A DNA stretch of 64,000 nt from the NCBI GenBank assembly GCA_043826435.1, contig JBDRQF010000007.1:973-64972 (forward strand), written 5' to 3'. A program made the translations under genes and the position numbers. Positions 8,701-18,506 of this stretch are shown here, one piece after another. This stretch comes from Elusimicrobiota bacterium. Lineage in GTDB: Bacteria; Elusimicrobiota; Endomicrobiia; CG1-02-37-114; JAHJSO01. Position 1 is the first letter of the stretch. Every line of letters begins with the position of its first letter. The notes below the pieces were generated by a model, which searched no databases, was not told the origin of the DNA, and saw only the letters and a program-made list of their open reading frames with translations.

Positions 8701-11700
8701 GCGCCCATGCCAGGGTGAAAACACGGTTCGAAAGATGGCGGTCTTTATATTTTTCAACCAAACTTATTGCATGGTCACGCGTTTCAGTTACACCGGATAT
8801 AACGTCAAACGTAACCGTTTGTTCGGGTTCAACGGTAACAACGTAACGTATTGATACAATCGGGTCCAGGACAAAACCGTCAGTATTTGATAACTCAACC
8901 GAATCGTTAATAACCTGGGGATCATGAATGCTCCTTCCCCTCCCTGTAAATTTTGACCTGTCAGTTTCATAAGAAACCTTATTGGGAGAAGCCCCGTACA
9001 CGTTTACTAAATGGAATAAAAAGGGAGGTTTTTCTTTTTCCGAACTGGGCCGCCTTGTACAAAATATCGCCTTATGAAAGTGTATGATTTCCGTGCGGAT
9101 AAAAAGATTATTAAAAGCAGGATGCAATTCATCCGCTACCGGATTGAGTAAAACGACTTCCGCATAAGTGGTAAAATCAATTGTTTTGCGGGTCCCCGAA
9201 TGATTCGTAACTCTGACCCGGCGAAGTTCAATATCGTCTTCGGGAGAAACAGCAATCTCGGTACATGTTTCAAAATCTAAGTCCTTGCGACGAAATTCCG
9301 CGTGGGCTTGCGAAAATATGGCAGTATAATATTTCGGCTTTTTCAATGCCGGTTGATAAGTATTTGACCATATTTCCTTGTTTGTTAAATCGCGGATATA
9401 ACAAAAGGCGCCACAATCATCGCGAGTGGTATCTTCACGCCAGCGTGTAACATTCAAACCTTTCCAATTACTATACCCACCCCCTGAATTTGTAATCATT
9501 ACATTATATGCGCCGTTAGATAAAAGATGTACTTCCGGTTTCGGCGTATTTGGTGTGTTGAAAACACGCATAAAAGATTCCTTTACGCCTTCAACGTTGA
9601 GATTTCTGGGAGTTCCCGAAAGATGTTGATAAAACGGGATAATTTTTGGAATCCTTTCCTGGAGCAGTAAGACCGCAGATTTAACGGCAAGGTTGTTCTC
9701 AAAACGTCTTTGCATTGGACGGTTAAGCAGTAAATAAGCCAAAGACAATAATGCCATTCCCTGGTGATGGGACATAAAAGATTGAACAACCACTTTTGAC
9801 AACCCGGGCGGTAAACGTGAAGGAGTAAAATCTATTGCCTCATAGAAACCATATCGCCCTTCATAACCTTCTTCAGACATCCTTTGCAGGTTTTCACATG
9901 CTTTTTCAGGAAAAACCATTAATGCCATTACGGAAGCATAAGGCGCTACCACAAGATTTTCAGCCAGGCCCGGCCTGATCCCGAGTTCCTGAATACCGAA
10001 AGCGCTGTACTGGTAATTGAACTGTACGTCGGTTTTATTATATCCGGATTCAGAAATACCCCATGGGACTCCTCTCTGCATACCGTATTTAATCTGCCGG
10101 TTAACGACTGTTTTACAAGTAGCGTCAAGCAAACTATCCTCATAGGTTGGCATTACCAGAAGAGGCATCAGGTATTCAAATATTGAACCGCCCCACGAAA
10201 GTAAAACCGGTTCCCCGCCGGCAATGGTCAGCAACCGCCCTAAAGCAAACCAGTGTTCCACCGGCAGTTGCCTTTTTGCAATTGACACATAACTTATCAT
10301 CCTCGATTCTGATGCCAATAAATCATAATAACCATTATCTTTACGCCTCTGGCTCACATTATATCCTATGCATAGAAGGCGATGTAACTTATCGTATAAA
10401 AATTCAAAATCGGCATCGGCAAATTCGGCGCATTGAAGCGCGAGTTGCTTAATTGCTCCAATCCTCTTTGCGGCACATTCGCTCCCCTTCATTACGGCAT
10501 CAGACAGGTCTCTTAACCACGATATTGTTTCACCAAAAGTCCCATCGCCTGCTCCCGATAACTTATTGATTAAATCTCTTATTACCGGCGATAAAGTTAT
10601 AGGAAGTTCTGCCACTTCATCAAGGTCCGGCGTTTCTTCAAATAATATTCTTGATACCTTCTGAATCCCTGCTGTTTGTATTACTTTTAAGGCTCCCTCT
10701 TTTTGCAATATGTCTTCCGGTTTATTTACCAGGAACATCCATGGAGCAAGAGAAACTAAATCGTCAAGTAATCCGGCGCACTGCATTTTGAATATCCCGT
10801 TCCAGATTTTAACCTGCTCATCGTTTGTTCCGGTAATAAACGCATCCAGTTCCGACGCCGTTGTTTTGACATGGTTCAGGCATGTGTATATGTCTTTAAT
10901 CGACCGGGAATTACATGCGAGGTGTTTTTGAAGTTCTTCTATACACATTGCGGTTTTTTTAGATTTGGATTCGCGTATTTTGTCAATTAATATATATAAT
11001 GTATCTTCCAGCCCTCTGAATATTTCCGGTGAAATTATTTTTCTGCCCGGCAATTCGTTTAAGCCGGATTCCAGCACTAGTAAATGCCCTGCAAGATTGC
11101 CGCTGTCTACGGTTGAAACATACAAAGGATGAAGAGGATTAAGGGACTGCAGGTCGTACCAGTTGTAAAAATGATTTTTGTATCTTTCCAATAAATTCAT
11201 GGTATCAAAAGTATTTTTTATATGTTCAATACAACATCCGGCTGAAACATAACCGAAGTCAAAAGCCGAAAGATTGGCAAGCAGGTATAATCCGATATTT
11301 GTCGGTGAGGTGCGGCGGGACGTTCTTTCAACCGGTTTCTCCTGATAATTGTCCGGTGGCAGCCACTTGCTTTCCGGAGTGACAAATGTTTCAAAATAAT
11401 GCCATGTTTTCCTTGATAATTTGCGTAGGAATAATATTTGCCCGGTATTTAGCAATGGTTTATGGATAGTCAGTGGTTTGCTGAGCCACCATGCTATGGC
11501 AGGGGAAAAAAACCACAAACCTAAAAAAATCCACGATAAGTTTATTATACTTATCTGAAAATAAACAAAATAAATGAAACAACCGGCGGGAATCAGCCAT
11601 GTAACCCACATTGCCCTGATAAATTCAAGCAAATTATTACGGGGGGTTTTTGTAACGTTATGCGAAGGATTCCACTCAAGCATTTTTTTACGGGTGATAA

Positions 11701-14476
11701 ACGTCCTTGTCAAAGTAAGAAATATCGCATGGATACTGTAAAACGCTTCATAAGGCAGTGATATTACCGTAAACAATGCCTGGCAAAGGCGTATTATTAT
11801 CGAATCCAATATGTTGCTATAATGAATTTTTAATGATAATTCTTTGGGTTTTTTCATTGTGTCAATAATTATAGTAAGTAAAGTCGGAATAATTATTATA
11901 CCAGTAATTATCAGAGTTATCAGCCATGACATATCAAGGACAGTCCAGCCCATAAGAAGCAGTATTAACATTGATGCGGGGACGATGCTCCGGCGGAGAT
12001 TGTCAAGTATTTTCCACTGAGAAAGCAAGGACATGGGATTTTTTGTTTTGCCCGGAACAACCGGTTCCAGCCACGATAACAACTGCCAATCACCCCTGAT
12101 CCATCTATGCCTTCTGCTTACGTCGGACAGATAACTGGAAGGATGTTTTTCATAAAACTGTATGTCATTTACAAGCGCTGACCTTACATAACATCCCTCT
12201 ATAAGGTCATGGCTTAATATACGGTTTTCAGGGAAACGATTGCCGAGTAACCTGGAAAACAATTCCACATCATAAATACCCTTGCCGATAAATGAACCCT
12301 CGTAAAAATAATCCTGGTAAACGTCTGATACGACTCTAGTGTAGGGGTCTATGCCCGGTTCACCGCCGAAAATTTTAACAAACCATGACTTGTTCGCATG
12401 CTCCATGTTTACCGCTAAACGCGGCTGAAATATTGTATAACCGTCAACAACTCTCTGTTTTTTTTCATCATAAACCGCTTTATTTAGAGGGTGGGCTATT
12501 GTTCCGACAAGTTTCCGCGCTGAATCAAGCGGCATTCTGGTATCCGTGTCAAGTGTAATTACATATTTAACTTGTTTCAGAATATCAATATTATTCCCTT
12601 CTATTACCGTCCTTTCATCCCTAAAATCACCGCCCGTCAAAAATGCGTTTAATTCCTCAATCTTCCCTCTTTTTCGTTCGTATCCCATCCACACATTTTC
12701 TTTTGCGTTCCATATTCTCGGCCTGTGAAAAAGATAAAAAATATCATTACGGTCCTGTTCGTATTTCTCGTTTAATTCCCCGATACGCTCTCTAATATAA
12801 CTTAAACATTTATCGTCATCAGGCATTGCCTCTTCCGTCGCGTCGGGAAAATCCGTAAGCAGGCTAAAATGCAGGTTTGAATCCCTGTTCGCCAGGAATT
12901 CTATTTCTAATCCTTCCAGCAAATCGTCAATATTATTTTGATTATATATAATTGTGGGGACTACAATAAGCGTGCGCGCTCCGGCAGGGATTCCTTTTGA
13001 AAAATCCATTCTCGGCAATACACCGGGTTTAACAAGGACAGTTATCATCCAGTTTACCAGCGCCGTGGCAAGATTGCTGAAACAAATAAACAATAATGCG
13101 ATGCTCGCTAAAAGGAGCCATCCGTTTATCGCATAAGTGCTGATATACTTAAACACAGCGTTCGAAAAACCTGCCGTGATCGCAAATATTGAGATTAAAT
13201 AAACAAATAAAGGATGTTTCCTGATTTTTTTTTGCAAATATTCAATCAGGGAGGGACGCTTCATGGTCGCTTGTTCCAGGCGGGGCAATCCTTTGTCAAT
13301 CAAGTAGAATCCGACATGAGACATCCTGTCACTTGCGCCTTTTTGCCTTATGTTTTGGACAGCTAATCCCACCGATTTAACCGCAACTTCGTTTTCCGTA
13401 AACCTGCTTTTTTTTGCAATGTTTTCTATGACATGACGATAATGGTCACGGGTTTCAAAATCCATATTAATATATACACCGCCAGGATCATCTTTAAGAA
13501 TGGAATTAACCGAACTTGTTTTTTCAACAAATTCCTTCCAGTCCAGCACATTTAACAGCCTCAAACTATTGATAGTGTTGCCGATAGAAACCTGGTCTGA
13601 AGCCAGCATCTGACTTTCAGCATGGACAAGTTGTTCAATTTTTGTCCCTTCTTCAAAAAGCCTCTGCTCTATCCAGGTAATCGGAAGGGCCAGATGAGTG
13701 CTTTGCCCCTGCAACCGTCTAACAAGTTCTGAAACAAAAGTGCTTGACATGTCCGGGTCTGACCGGGCTAAATCAGCTATTTCTATGACAAGTCCCTTGG
13801 GGTCTTCTCCGACAACCTTCAGCATTCTGTCTGCCCAGTAATTTGCCCTGTCCCTGTCCTTCATCCTGGCATATAGGCGGACCGCTACACGCCTGAGGTT
13901 CTCTAAAAGCGCCAGTCGAAGCATAATGGGGATCGCCCATAATTCGCCTAATTTAAGCACTTTCTCGGACTGGTAGGCGCTAACAAAATTATAAAGATCT
14001 TCTTTGTGTACCCGCCCGTCGGAATGTGATATTAATTTTAGCGCGATATCATATACTCTCGGATATCCTTCCAAATGGCCTTTTTTTAAACGGGGGATTC
14101 CACGGCTGTAATTTTTGGGGAAATGTTGCCTGGCGGTTCGAATTTGTTCTTCAACAAGATAAAAATTGTCTATTAACCATTCTCCAGGCGCAGAGATTTT
14201 ATTCTTGTTTTCAATTGCGGATATTAACAGTTCATAAACATGGGTTAGAATATCTTCGTTTTCCGACAGCCTGGGCAGGAGTTTGTCTTTCCCGCGGGTT
14301 ATATCAACTTCATGGTTTTTGGCAAGTAATTTGGCATACTGTTCCAATTGACTGATACTAAATAATTCAGCCTTCAATGGCTGCTCTATTTTATATTTTT
14401 TTGTGATATCATAACTAATAATTTTTTCTTTTAAACGCTTAAAACTTCCTTTTATTGTATAACTACTGGTTTTCAT
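5705..14476 (-). CDS. ndvB: Cyclic beta-1,2-glucan synthase (Cgs/NdvB/ChvB; GT84 plus GH94 phosphorylase domains)
   Basis: 2923 aa; WLIDNFYLVEEQ, WMGYERKRGK, ITLDTDT, SHDLIEG, RRHRWIRGDWQ (GT core), TM block, LLASESR/WGISES glucoamylase-like region, GAFGFRDQLQD, GDWNDGMN, RENGGQYTHAA, GRGGWTWYTGSAGW (GH94). Confidence 0.95.
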   Translation of the reverse strand: MKTSSYTIKGSFKRLKEKIISYDITKKYKIEQPLKAELFSISQLEQYAKLLAKNHEVDITRGKDKLLPRLSENEDILTHVYELLISAIENKNKISAPGEWLIDNFYLVEEQIRTARQHFPKNYSRGIPRLKKGHLEGYPRVYDIALKLISHSDGRVHKEDLYNFVSAYQSEKVLKLGELWAIPIMLRLALLENLRRVAVRLYARMKDRDRANYWADRMLKVVGEDPKGLVIEIADLARSDPDMSSTFVSELVRRLQGQSTHLALPITWIEQRLFEEGTKIEQLVHAESQMLASDQVSIGNTINSLRLLNVLDWKEFVEKTSSVNSILKDDPGGVYINMDFETRDHYRHVIENIAKKSRFTENEVAVKSVGLAVQNIRQKGASDRMSHVGFYLIDKGLPRLEQATMKRPSLIEYLQKKIRKHPLFVYLISIFAITAGFSNAVFKYISTYAINGWLLLASIALLFICFSNLATALVNWMITVLVKPGVLPRMDFSKGIPAGARTLIVVPTIIYNQNNIDDLLEGLEIEFLANRDSNLHFSLLTDFPDATEEAMPDDDKCLSYIRERIGELNEKYEQDRNDIFYLFHRPRIWNAKENVWMGYERKRGKIEELNAFLTGGDFRDERTVIEGNNIDILKQVKYVITLDTDTRMPLDSARKLVGTIAHPLNKAVYDEKKQRVVDGYTIFQPRLAVNMEHANKSWFVKIFGGEPGIDPYTRVVSDVYQDYFYEGSFIGKGIYDVELFSRLLGNRFPENRILSHDLIEGCYVRSALVNDIQFYEKHPSSYLSDVSRRHRWIRGDWQLLSWLEPVVPGKTKNPMSLLSQWKILDNLRRSIVPASMLILLLMGWTVLDMSWLITLIITGIIIIPTLLTIIIDTMKKPKELSLKIHYSNILDSIIIRLCQALFTVISLPYEAFYSIHAIFLTLTRTFITRKKMLEWNPSHNVTKTPRNNLLEFIRAMWVTWLIPAGCFIYFVYFQISIINLSWIFLGLWFFSPAIAWWLSKPLTIHKPLLNTGQILFLRKLSRKTWHYFETFVTPESKWLPPDNYQEKPVERTSRRTSPTNIGLYLLANLSAFDFGYVSAGCCIEHIKNTFDTMNLLERYKNHFYNWYDLQSLNPLHPLYVSTVDSGNLAGHLLVLESGLNELPGRKIISPEIFRGLEDTLYILIDKIRESKSKKTAMCIEELQKHLACNSRSIKDIYTCLNHVKTTASELDAFITGTNDEQVKIWNGIFKMQCAGLLDDLVSLAPWMFLVNKPEDILQKEGALKVIQTAGIQKVSRILFEETPDLDEVAELPITLSPVIRDLINKLSGAGDGTFGETISWLRDLSDAVMKGSECAAKRIGAIKQLALQCAEFADADFEFLYDKLHRLLCIGYNVSQRRKDNGYYDLLASESRMISYVSIAKRQLPVEHWFALGRLLTIAGGEPVLLSWGGSIFEYLMPLLVMPTYEDSLLDATCKTVVNRQIKYGMQRGVPWGISESGYNKTDVQFNYQYSAFGIQELGIRPGLAENLVVAPYASVMALMVFPEKACENLQRMSEEGYEGRYGFYEAIDFTPSRLPPGLSKVVVQSFMSHHQGMALLSLAYLLLNRPMQRRFENNLAVKSAVLLLQERIPKIIPFYQHLSGTPRNLNVEGVKESFMRVFNTPNTPKPEVHLLSNGAYNVMITNSGGGYSNWKGLNVTRWREDTTRDDCGAFCYIRDLTNKEIWSNTYQPALKKPKYYTAIFSQAHAEFRRKDLDFETCTEIAVSPEDDIELRRVRVTNHSGTRKTIDFTTYAEVVLLNPVADELHPAFNNLFIRTEIIHFHKAIFCTRRPSSEKEKPPFLFHLVNVYGASPNKVSYETDRSKFTGRGRSIHDPQVINDSVELSNTDGFVLDPIVSIRYVVTVEPEQTVTFDVISGVTETRDHAISLVEKYKDRHLSNRVFTLAWAHGQIVLQQLNTTEADANLYSSLTSSILYANPLWRANTVTLTKNTRGQSDLWGYGISGDLPIVLLKISDSMNIELVRQLISAHAYWRRKGLIVDLMILNEDHSVYRQQLHDQIMGMLAASHESHAVNNPGGIFVRRAEHISDEDKILIQTVARIVITDTGGTLLEQIEHRSHLETSITAVKPIKIYESKNIPQKEEIRPDLVFFNGIGGFTQDGREYIIVTKPGQVTPLPWVNILANPNFGTVISESGGAYTWSENAHEFRLTPWYNDPISDTTGETMYIRDEETGKFWSPTPLPARGPMPYISKHGFGYSIFEYKDDGIISVLTVYVSINDPVKFSVLKIKNCSGRLRKLSITNYCELVLGTLRQKNSMHIITEIDPQSGAMLARNLFSTEFSKRVVFLDVNEAKRSVTGDRAEFIGRNGTLSNPSAMKLTKLSGKTGPGLDPCATMQVQIELADEEEREIIFAFGSGKSGEEIQNIIQKFRNSDYAHAELENVWNYWKHNLGTVYVETPDQPVNFLINGWLLYQTLASRIFARSGYYQSSGAFGFRDQLQDVMAVTYAKPELVREHILRSAAQQFKEGDVQHWWHPPIDRGTRTHCSDDYLWLPLAVARYVTATGDTGVLDEKINFIEGRQLKQEEESYYDKPAKSDELGTLYEHCVRAIRFGLKYGHHGLPLMRGGDWNDGMNLVGVQGKGESVWLGFFLYHVFIQFSEIANLHGDGNFKEFCISEANRLKKNIDEYGWKDNWYLRAYFDNGDALGSAENIECQIDSISQSWSVLSEAGDLNKSRTAMDSLDNHLVDRKNSLILLLKPPFDKTPKEPGYIKGYAPGIRENGGQYTHAAIWAIMAFAKMGQKQKAWELFSIINPINHGKTNKEILTYKVEPYVVAADVYTNPQHIGRGGWTWYTGSAGWMYRLLVESLIGLKVEIDKLRFVSPCLPEEWKFFKLHYRHRETFYHINISITGTGNDVIKVLLDGAERENKEIMLVDDRKEHLAEVEIG

Positions 14477-14621
14477 ATCTATCCCACAAATTTGTAATTA
14501 TTCCAACGGTTTTTCAAACCAGGATTCTGCGTCGGATTTTTTGATAAAGAATGCCCGGCAGTCGCTATATCCATTGAAGGTAAATTATATCATTTTATCA
14601 CTCAAATTACAAATTAACGAC

Positions 14622-14647
14622 GGACATAGGGACATCGGGACATAGGG
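14622..14647 (+). repeat. Tandem GGACAT-core heptamer/octamer repeat upstream of the rubrerythrin promoter
   Basis: ggacatag-ggacatcg-ggacatag-gg. Confidence 0.7.
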
Positions 14648-14651
14648 CTCT

Positions 14652-14681
14652 TTGACTTCCAATATAAATATTTGCTATAAT
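14652..14681 (+). promoter_or_regulatory. Sigma70-type promoter for rubrerythrin
   Basis: TTGACT-N18-TATAAT with extended -10 TGn; SD AAGGAGG before GTG 14767. Confidence 0.65.
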
Positions 14682-14766
14682 CATCTCAGGCAAATTATGT
14701 CCGTCTTTAGCCCTTATTGGAAAAGTTAAGATTTAAAAAGGTGATGCTTATAAAGGAGGACACGTC

Positions 14767-15345
14767 GTGAAAAGCGTTAAAAACACAAAAACGGAGAAGA
14801 ACCTGCTGGCTTCTTTTGCAGGCGAATCACAGGCAAGGAACAGGTACACCTACTTTGCATCCGCTGCAAAGAAGGAAGGGTATGAACAGATTTCAGGGAT
14901 ATTCCTTGAGACCGCCGACAATGAAAAAGAACATGCGAAAAGATTTTTTAAATATCTGGAAGGCGGAGAGGTTGAAATTACCGCCTCATATCCTGCCGGC
15001 GTTATAGGAAACACAGCGGCAAACCTTGAAGCGGCAGCGGCCGGCGAGAACCTTGAATGGACAAAACTTTACAAGGAAGCCGAAGAATACGCTCGCAGGG
15101 AGGGCTTTGAGGAAATCGCAAAACAGTTCAAGGAAATAGCGGAAGTGGAAGTAGAACACGAAAAGAGATACAGGAAACTGCTCAGGAACGTAAAGGAAAA
15201 AAGGGTTTTCAGGCGGGACACCGTCGTCAAATGGAAATGCAGGAACTGCGGTTATATCCATACCGGGAAAGATGCGCCGGATACTTGTCCTGCGTGCGAT
15301 CACCCGAAAGCGTATTACGAACTGTTTTGTGAATGTAACACATAA
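14767..15345 (+). CDS. rbr: Rubrerythrin
   Basis: AFAGESQARNRY, ExxH diiron motifs (EKEHA, EVEHE), C-terminal CRNC...CPAC rubredoxin domain. Confidence 0.96.
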   Translation: MKSVKNTKTEKNLLASFAGESQARNRYTYFASAAKKEGYEQISGIFLETADNEKEHAKRFFKYLEGGEVEITASYPAGVIGNTAANLEAAAAGENLEWTKLYKEAEEYARREGFEEIAKQFKEIAEVEVEHEKRYRKLLRNVKEKRVFRRDTVVKWKCRNCGYIHTGKDAPDTCPACDHPKAYYELFCECNT

Positions 15346-15393
15346 CCCCCGAGGAAAAGCCCTTCCCGGTTTCCATCGGATCGGACTGAATGA

Positions 15394-16740
15394 TTACCTG
15401 TCAAGGTACCCTGTCAGCGCCCGCCCCAGCCAGAAATATGACAGCGCTCCTGCGCCTATTGACGACAACGCCATTCCTATAAATATCCCCTTCAGTCCCC
15501 ACACACTTGAACCAAGCCAGCACAGGGGGATAAGCAGCACTACCATTTTCATCAGGTTCACGCCGGTGGCGTTCAGCGGGGAATTAAGCCCGTTGAATAC
15601 CGCGGCAATGTTTGAAGTAAGCCCCTGCAGCCCGTAGCCGACGGACACCAGCATCATATACCACCCTATAACTTCTATCGTCTCCGGCTCTGCGGTAAAT
15701 ATTCCGGCTATGGGGGCGCGTAAAAACAAAAATGCAAAAAATATTATTCCCCCGAACAACAGGGACGCATGGGCGCTGAACCGCACGCCCGAACGGACAC
15801 GCAGCATCCTGCCTGCCCCGAGGTTCTGGCCCGTAAACGGGGTCAGCACCATCCCGAGGGCAGCCACGGGCGCAAGGGCGAACATCTCAATCCTGCTGCC
15901 GACGCCGAGCCCTGCGACCGCCTTCTCCCCGTATAAAGAAACAAGTTTTGTAATAAACCCCATGCCGAGAGGCGTAAGCATCTGCGTCACTGCTGCCGGA
16001 ACGCCTATGTAGAGTATCCTCCGCCATGAGTCCAACGTTTGCCTGATGCCGTCAAAACGTCCGGTAAACATATGTAGTCGCCGCTGGAGAAAGAAAAATG
16101 ATACCGCCAGGGAAATGGAGCGGGCGAACACAGTGGCGATTGCAGCCCCTTCAATGCCCATCCGGGGGAAAGGCCCTATGCCGAAAATCAGGAGCGGGTC
16201 AAGGATTATATTCACCATTATTGAAACAATCATAACGCCGCTCGGTATTTTTGTATTGCCAGCGGCACGGATTGCGTTGTTGATCACCATCGTAACGATT
16301 ACAAACGGCACTCCAAGGTACCAAACGGACATGTACTGCCTCACCATCTCAAGCGTTTCGCCACCGGCGCCGAGTGCGCTGAAAACCTGCCTGATACTGA
16401 CGAGCCCCGCAGTACACAGGACAATTGAAAACAAACCCGCAAGCATTATGCCGTCCGCGGTCAACCTGCGGACCTGATCCGTGTCGCCGCTACCGATTGC
16501 CCGTGAGATTACCGACGACGCGCCAACACCCAAACCCACCGATATTGCCGCCTGAAACATCACCACGGGAAAAGTGAAACTCATGGCAGCCAGCGCTACG
16601 GTGCCGAGGCGGCTAATATAGAAGGTGTCCACCAGGTTGAATACCACAAACCCCAGCATGCCCACAATCATCGGCAGGGTGAGTGAAACGATAATTTTAT
16701 TGACGGGCCCCTCCGTCATGGTTATATTTTTCATCCTCAA
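15394..16740 (-). CDS. MATE-family efflux transporter
   Basis: 448 aa, about 12 TM; FNLVDTFYISRLG, NIILDPLLIFG, GIEGAAIATV. Confidence 0.93.
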   Translation of the reverse strand: MRMKNITMTEGPVNKIIVSLTLPMIVGMLGFVVFNLVDTFYISRLGTVALAAMSFTFPVVMFQAAISVGLGVGASSVISRAIGSGDTDQVRRLTADGIMLAGLFSIVLCTAGLVSIRQVFSALGAGGETLEMVRQYMSVWYLGVPFVIVTMVINNAIRAAGNTKIPSGVMIVSIMVNIILDPLLIFGIGPFPRMGIEGAAIATVFARSISLAVSFFFLQRRLHMFTGRFDGIRQTLDSWRRILYIGVPAAVTQMLTPLGMGFITKLVSLYGEKAVAGLGVGSRIEMFALAPVAALGMVLTPFTGQNLGAGRMLRVRSGVRFSAHASLLFGGIIFFAFLFLRAPIAGIFTAEPETIEVIGWYMMLVSVGYGLQGLTSNIAAVFNGLNSPLNATGVNLMKMVVLLIPLCWLGSSVWGLKGIFIGMALSSIGAGALSYFWLGRALTGYLDR

Positions 16741-18506
16741 GACCTGCCCCCGTTACCGCCGCTGCTGCGAGGGGTCGCTCTTTTGCAGGCCAAGGACAGG
16801 AGTTCAACCGCGTGCTGCCTCGTTACCTTCGTTATGGTACCGCCACTGAGCATCCTGGATATTTCGTCCACTCTCTGCTCTTCTTTTAGGACGGCGGCAG
16901 TCGTGTAGGTCCTGCCCGCCTTCTCGGACTTTTCAATCCTGAAGTGCGTACCGCCGGGCGGCGAGGCGAAACACGCTATCTGCGGCAGGTGGGTGATGCA
17001 GAATGCCTGGTGTGTCCCTGATATTTCCAGAAGTTTCTTACCGAGCACGCTCCCCATGGGGCCGCTTACCCCGGCATCAATCTCATCAAAAATCATCACC
17101 GGGACGTCGCTCGCATTGCCTAACACCGTCTTTATCGCAAGCATCGTGCGGGACATCTCCCCGCCGGAAGCGATTTCCTTCAGTGGCCCCGGTTTCTCCC
17201 CGGGATTGGCGGAAAATAAAAACTCAAGTAAGTCAATCCCGGTTGAAGTACAGTCCACCGTCTCAACGTTTATACTGAAAGACGCCTTCGGCATACCCAA
17301 TTCCCTTAATTCCTTCAAGGCCGACGCTTCTAATTTCACGCAGGCCTTCTTTCTTTTTTTAGAAAGTTCCGCTGACGCCTCCCGGAGTTCCTGCGTTATC
17401 TCGTTCAGTTTTTTTTCCGTCTCAACGATGCTGTCGTCTATATGCATCATCCTTTCCAGATCCGACTTAACCTTCCTGCCGTATTCAATAATTTCAGTCG
17501 CCGTCGCCCCGTATTTCTTTTTGAGTTTTGATATAAGGTCTTTCCTTTCAATCAACCGGTCTAACTCCGCGGGATCCATGTTTATCGTTTCGCAATAGTT
17601 CTTAATTCTGCCCGCGACATCATCTAACTGCGAAACCACCGATTCAAGGGCCGGCACGTCGTCCGCAAACCTCCCGCCTGAAATTGAGTTTATCTCCCGT
17701 AAGTTATTAAGGGCTTTCTGAAGGGTTTCCAGCGTGGGGCTGCTGCTTGCCGTCGCTCCCCCGCAGTCCGGCTCCGACGGCAAATCGCCGGGCGACGAGC
17801 CGTCAATAAAACACAGCGCCTCCGCGGCAAGCCTCAGGAGTTTGTCCGCGTTCTTTATGGACGGAAGTATCCGTTCCATCCGTTCTTCCTCATCCGGCTT
17901 CAGCCCTGCGCTCTCAATCTCTTTCAACTGGAATTTATACAAATCAGTCATGCGTTCCCTGTCCGCCCTGCCCTGCCTGTCTTTCTCCAGTTCTTCTATT
18001 AGTTGCCGGTGCCGTTTCCAGAGTTGCCCTGTCTTCTCAGCAAGGGCGTGCAGCCCGCCGTACCTGTCAACGAGTTTTAACTGCTCCGTCGTTTTCAGCA
18101 GGGTCTGGTGCTCGTGCTGTCCGTGGATGTCAACGAGTAAATCGCCTAATTTCTCCATAAACCCTGCGGTTACCGGCTCATCATTGCAGTAGCACTTTGA
18201 CCTGCCGGAAGAGTCTATCTCCCGTCTGAGAATCAGCGCGTCGCCGTCCGGTTTTTCAATCACCTGAAGGATACGTTCTTTCTGCCCGGGGCCTTCCGGA
18301 TAAAACACGCCGGTTACCGTCATTTTATCCGCTCCCTGCCTGACAACGCCAGCGGACGCCCTCGCACCGAGGAGAATAGACACCGCCTCCACTATTATGG
18401 ATTTACCTGCACCCGTCTCGCCCGTAAAGACGTTAAGCCCTTTGGTAAATTTAAGGTTGACCTGTTCTATTACGGCGTAATTCTTTATGGAGAGTTCTTC
18501 AAGCAT
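16737..18506 (-). CDS. recN: DNA repair protein RecN
   Basis: Walker A GETGAGKS, DIHGQHEHQ, ASGGEMSR, Walker B IFDEIDAG, ITHLPQIA. Confidence 0.97.
   Translation of the reverse strand: MLEELSIKNYAVIEQVNLKFTKGLNVFTGETGAGKSIIVEAVSILLGARASAGVVRQGADKMTVTGVFYPEGPGQKERILQVIEKPDGDALILRREIDSSGRSKCYCNDEPVTAGFMEKLGDLLVDIHGQHEHQTLLKTTEQLKLVDRYGGLHALAEKTGQLWKRHRQLIEELEKDRQGRADRERMTDLYKFQLKEIESAGLKPDEEERMERILPSIKNADKLLRLAAEALCFIDGSSPGDLPSEPDCGGATASSSPTLETLQKALNNLREINSISGGRFADDVPALESVVSQLDDVAGRIKNYCETINMDPAELDRLIERKDLISKLKKKYGATATEIIEYGRKVKSDLERMMHIDDSIVETEKKLNEITQELREASAELSKKRKKACVKLEASALKELRELGMPKASFSINVETVDCTSTGIDLLEFLFSANPGEKPGPLKEIASGGEMSRTMLAIKTVLGNASDVPVMIFDEIDAGVSGPMGSVLGKKLLEISGTHQAFCITHLPQIACFASPPGGTHFRIEKSEKAGRTYTTAAVLKEEQRVDEISRMLSGGTITKVTRQHAVELLSLACKRATPRSSGGNGGRS

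Noticed and set aside
14490-14585. Short minus-strand frame (FTFNGYSDCRAFFIKKSDAESWFEKPLE*) upstream of ndvB as a gene remnant
   Set aside because: No start codon, under 30 codons, no family recognised
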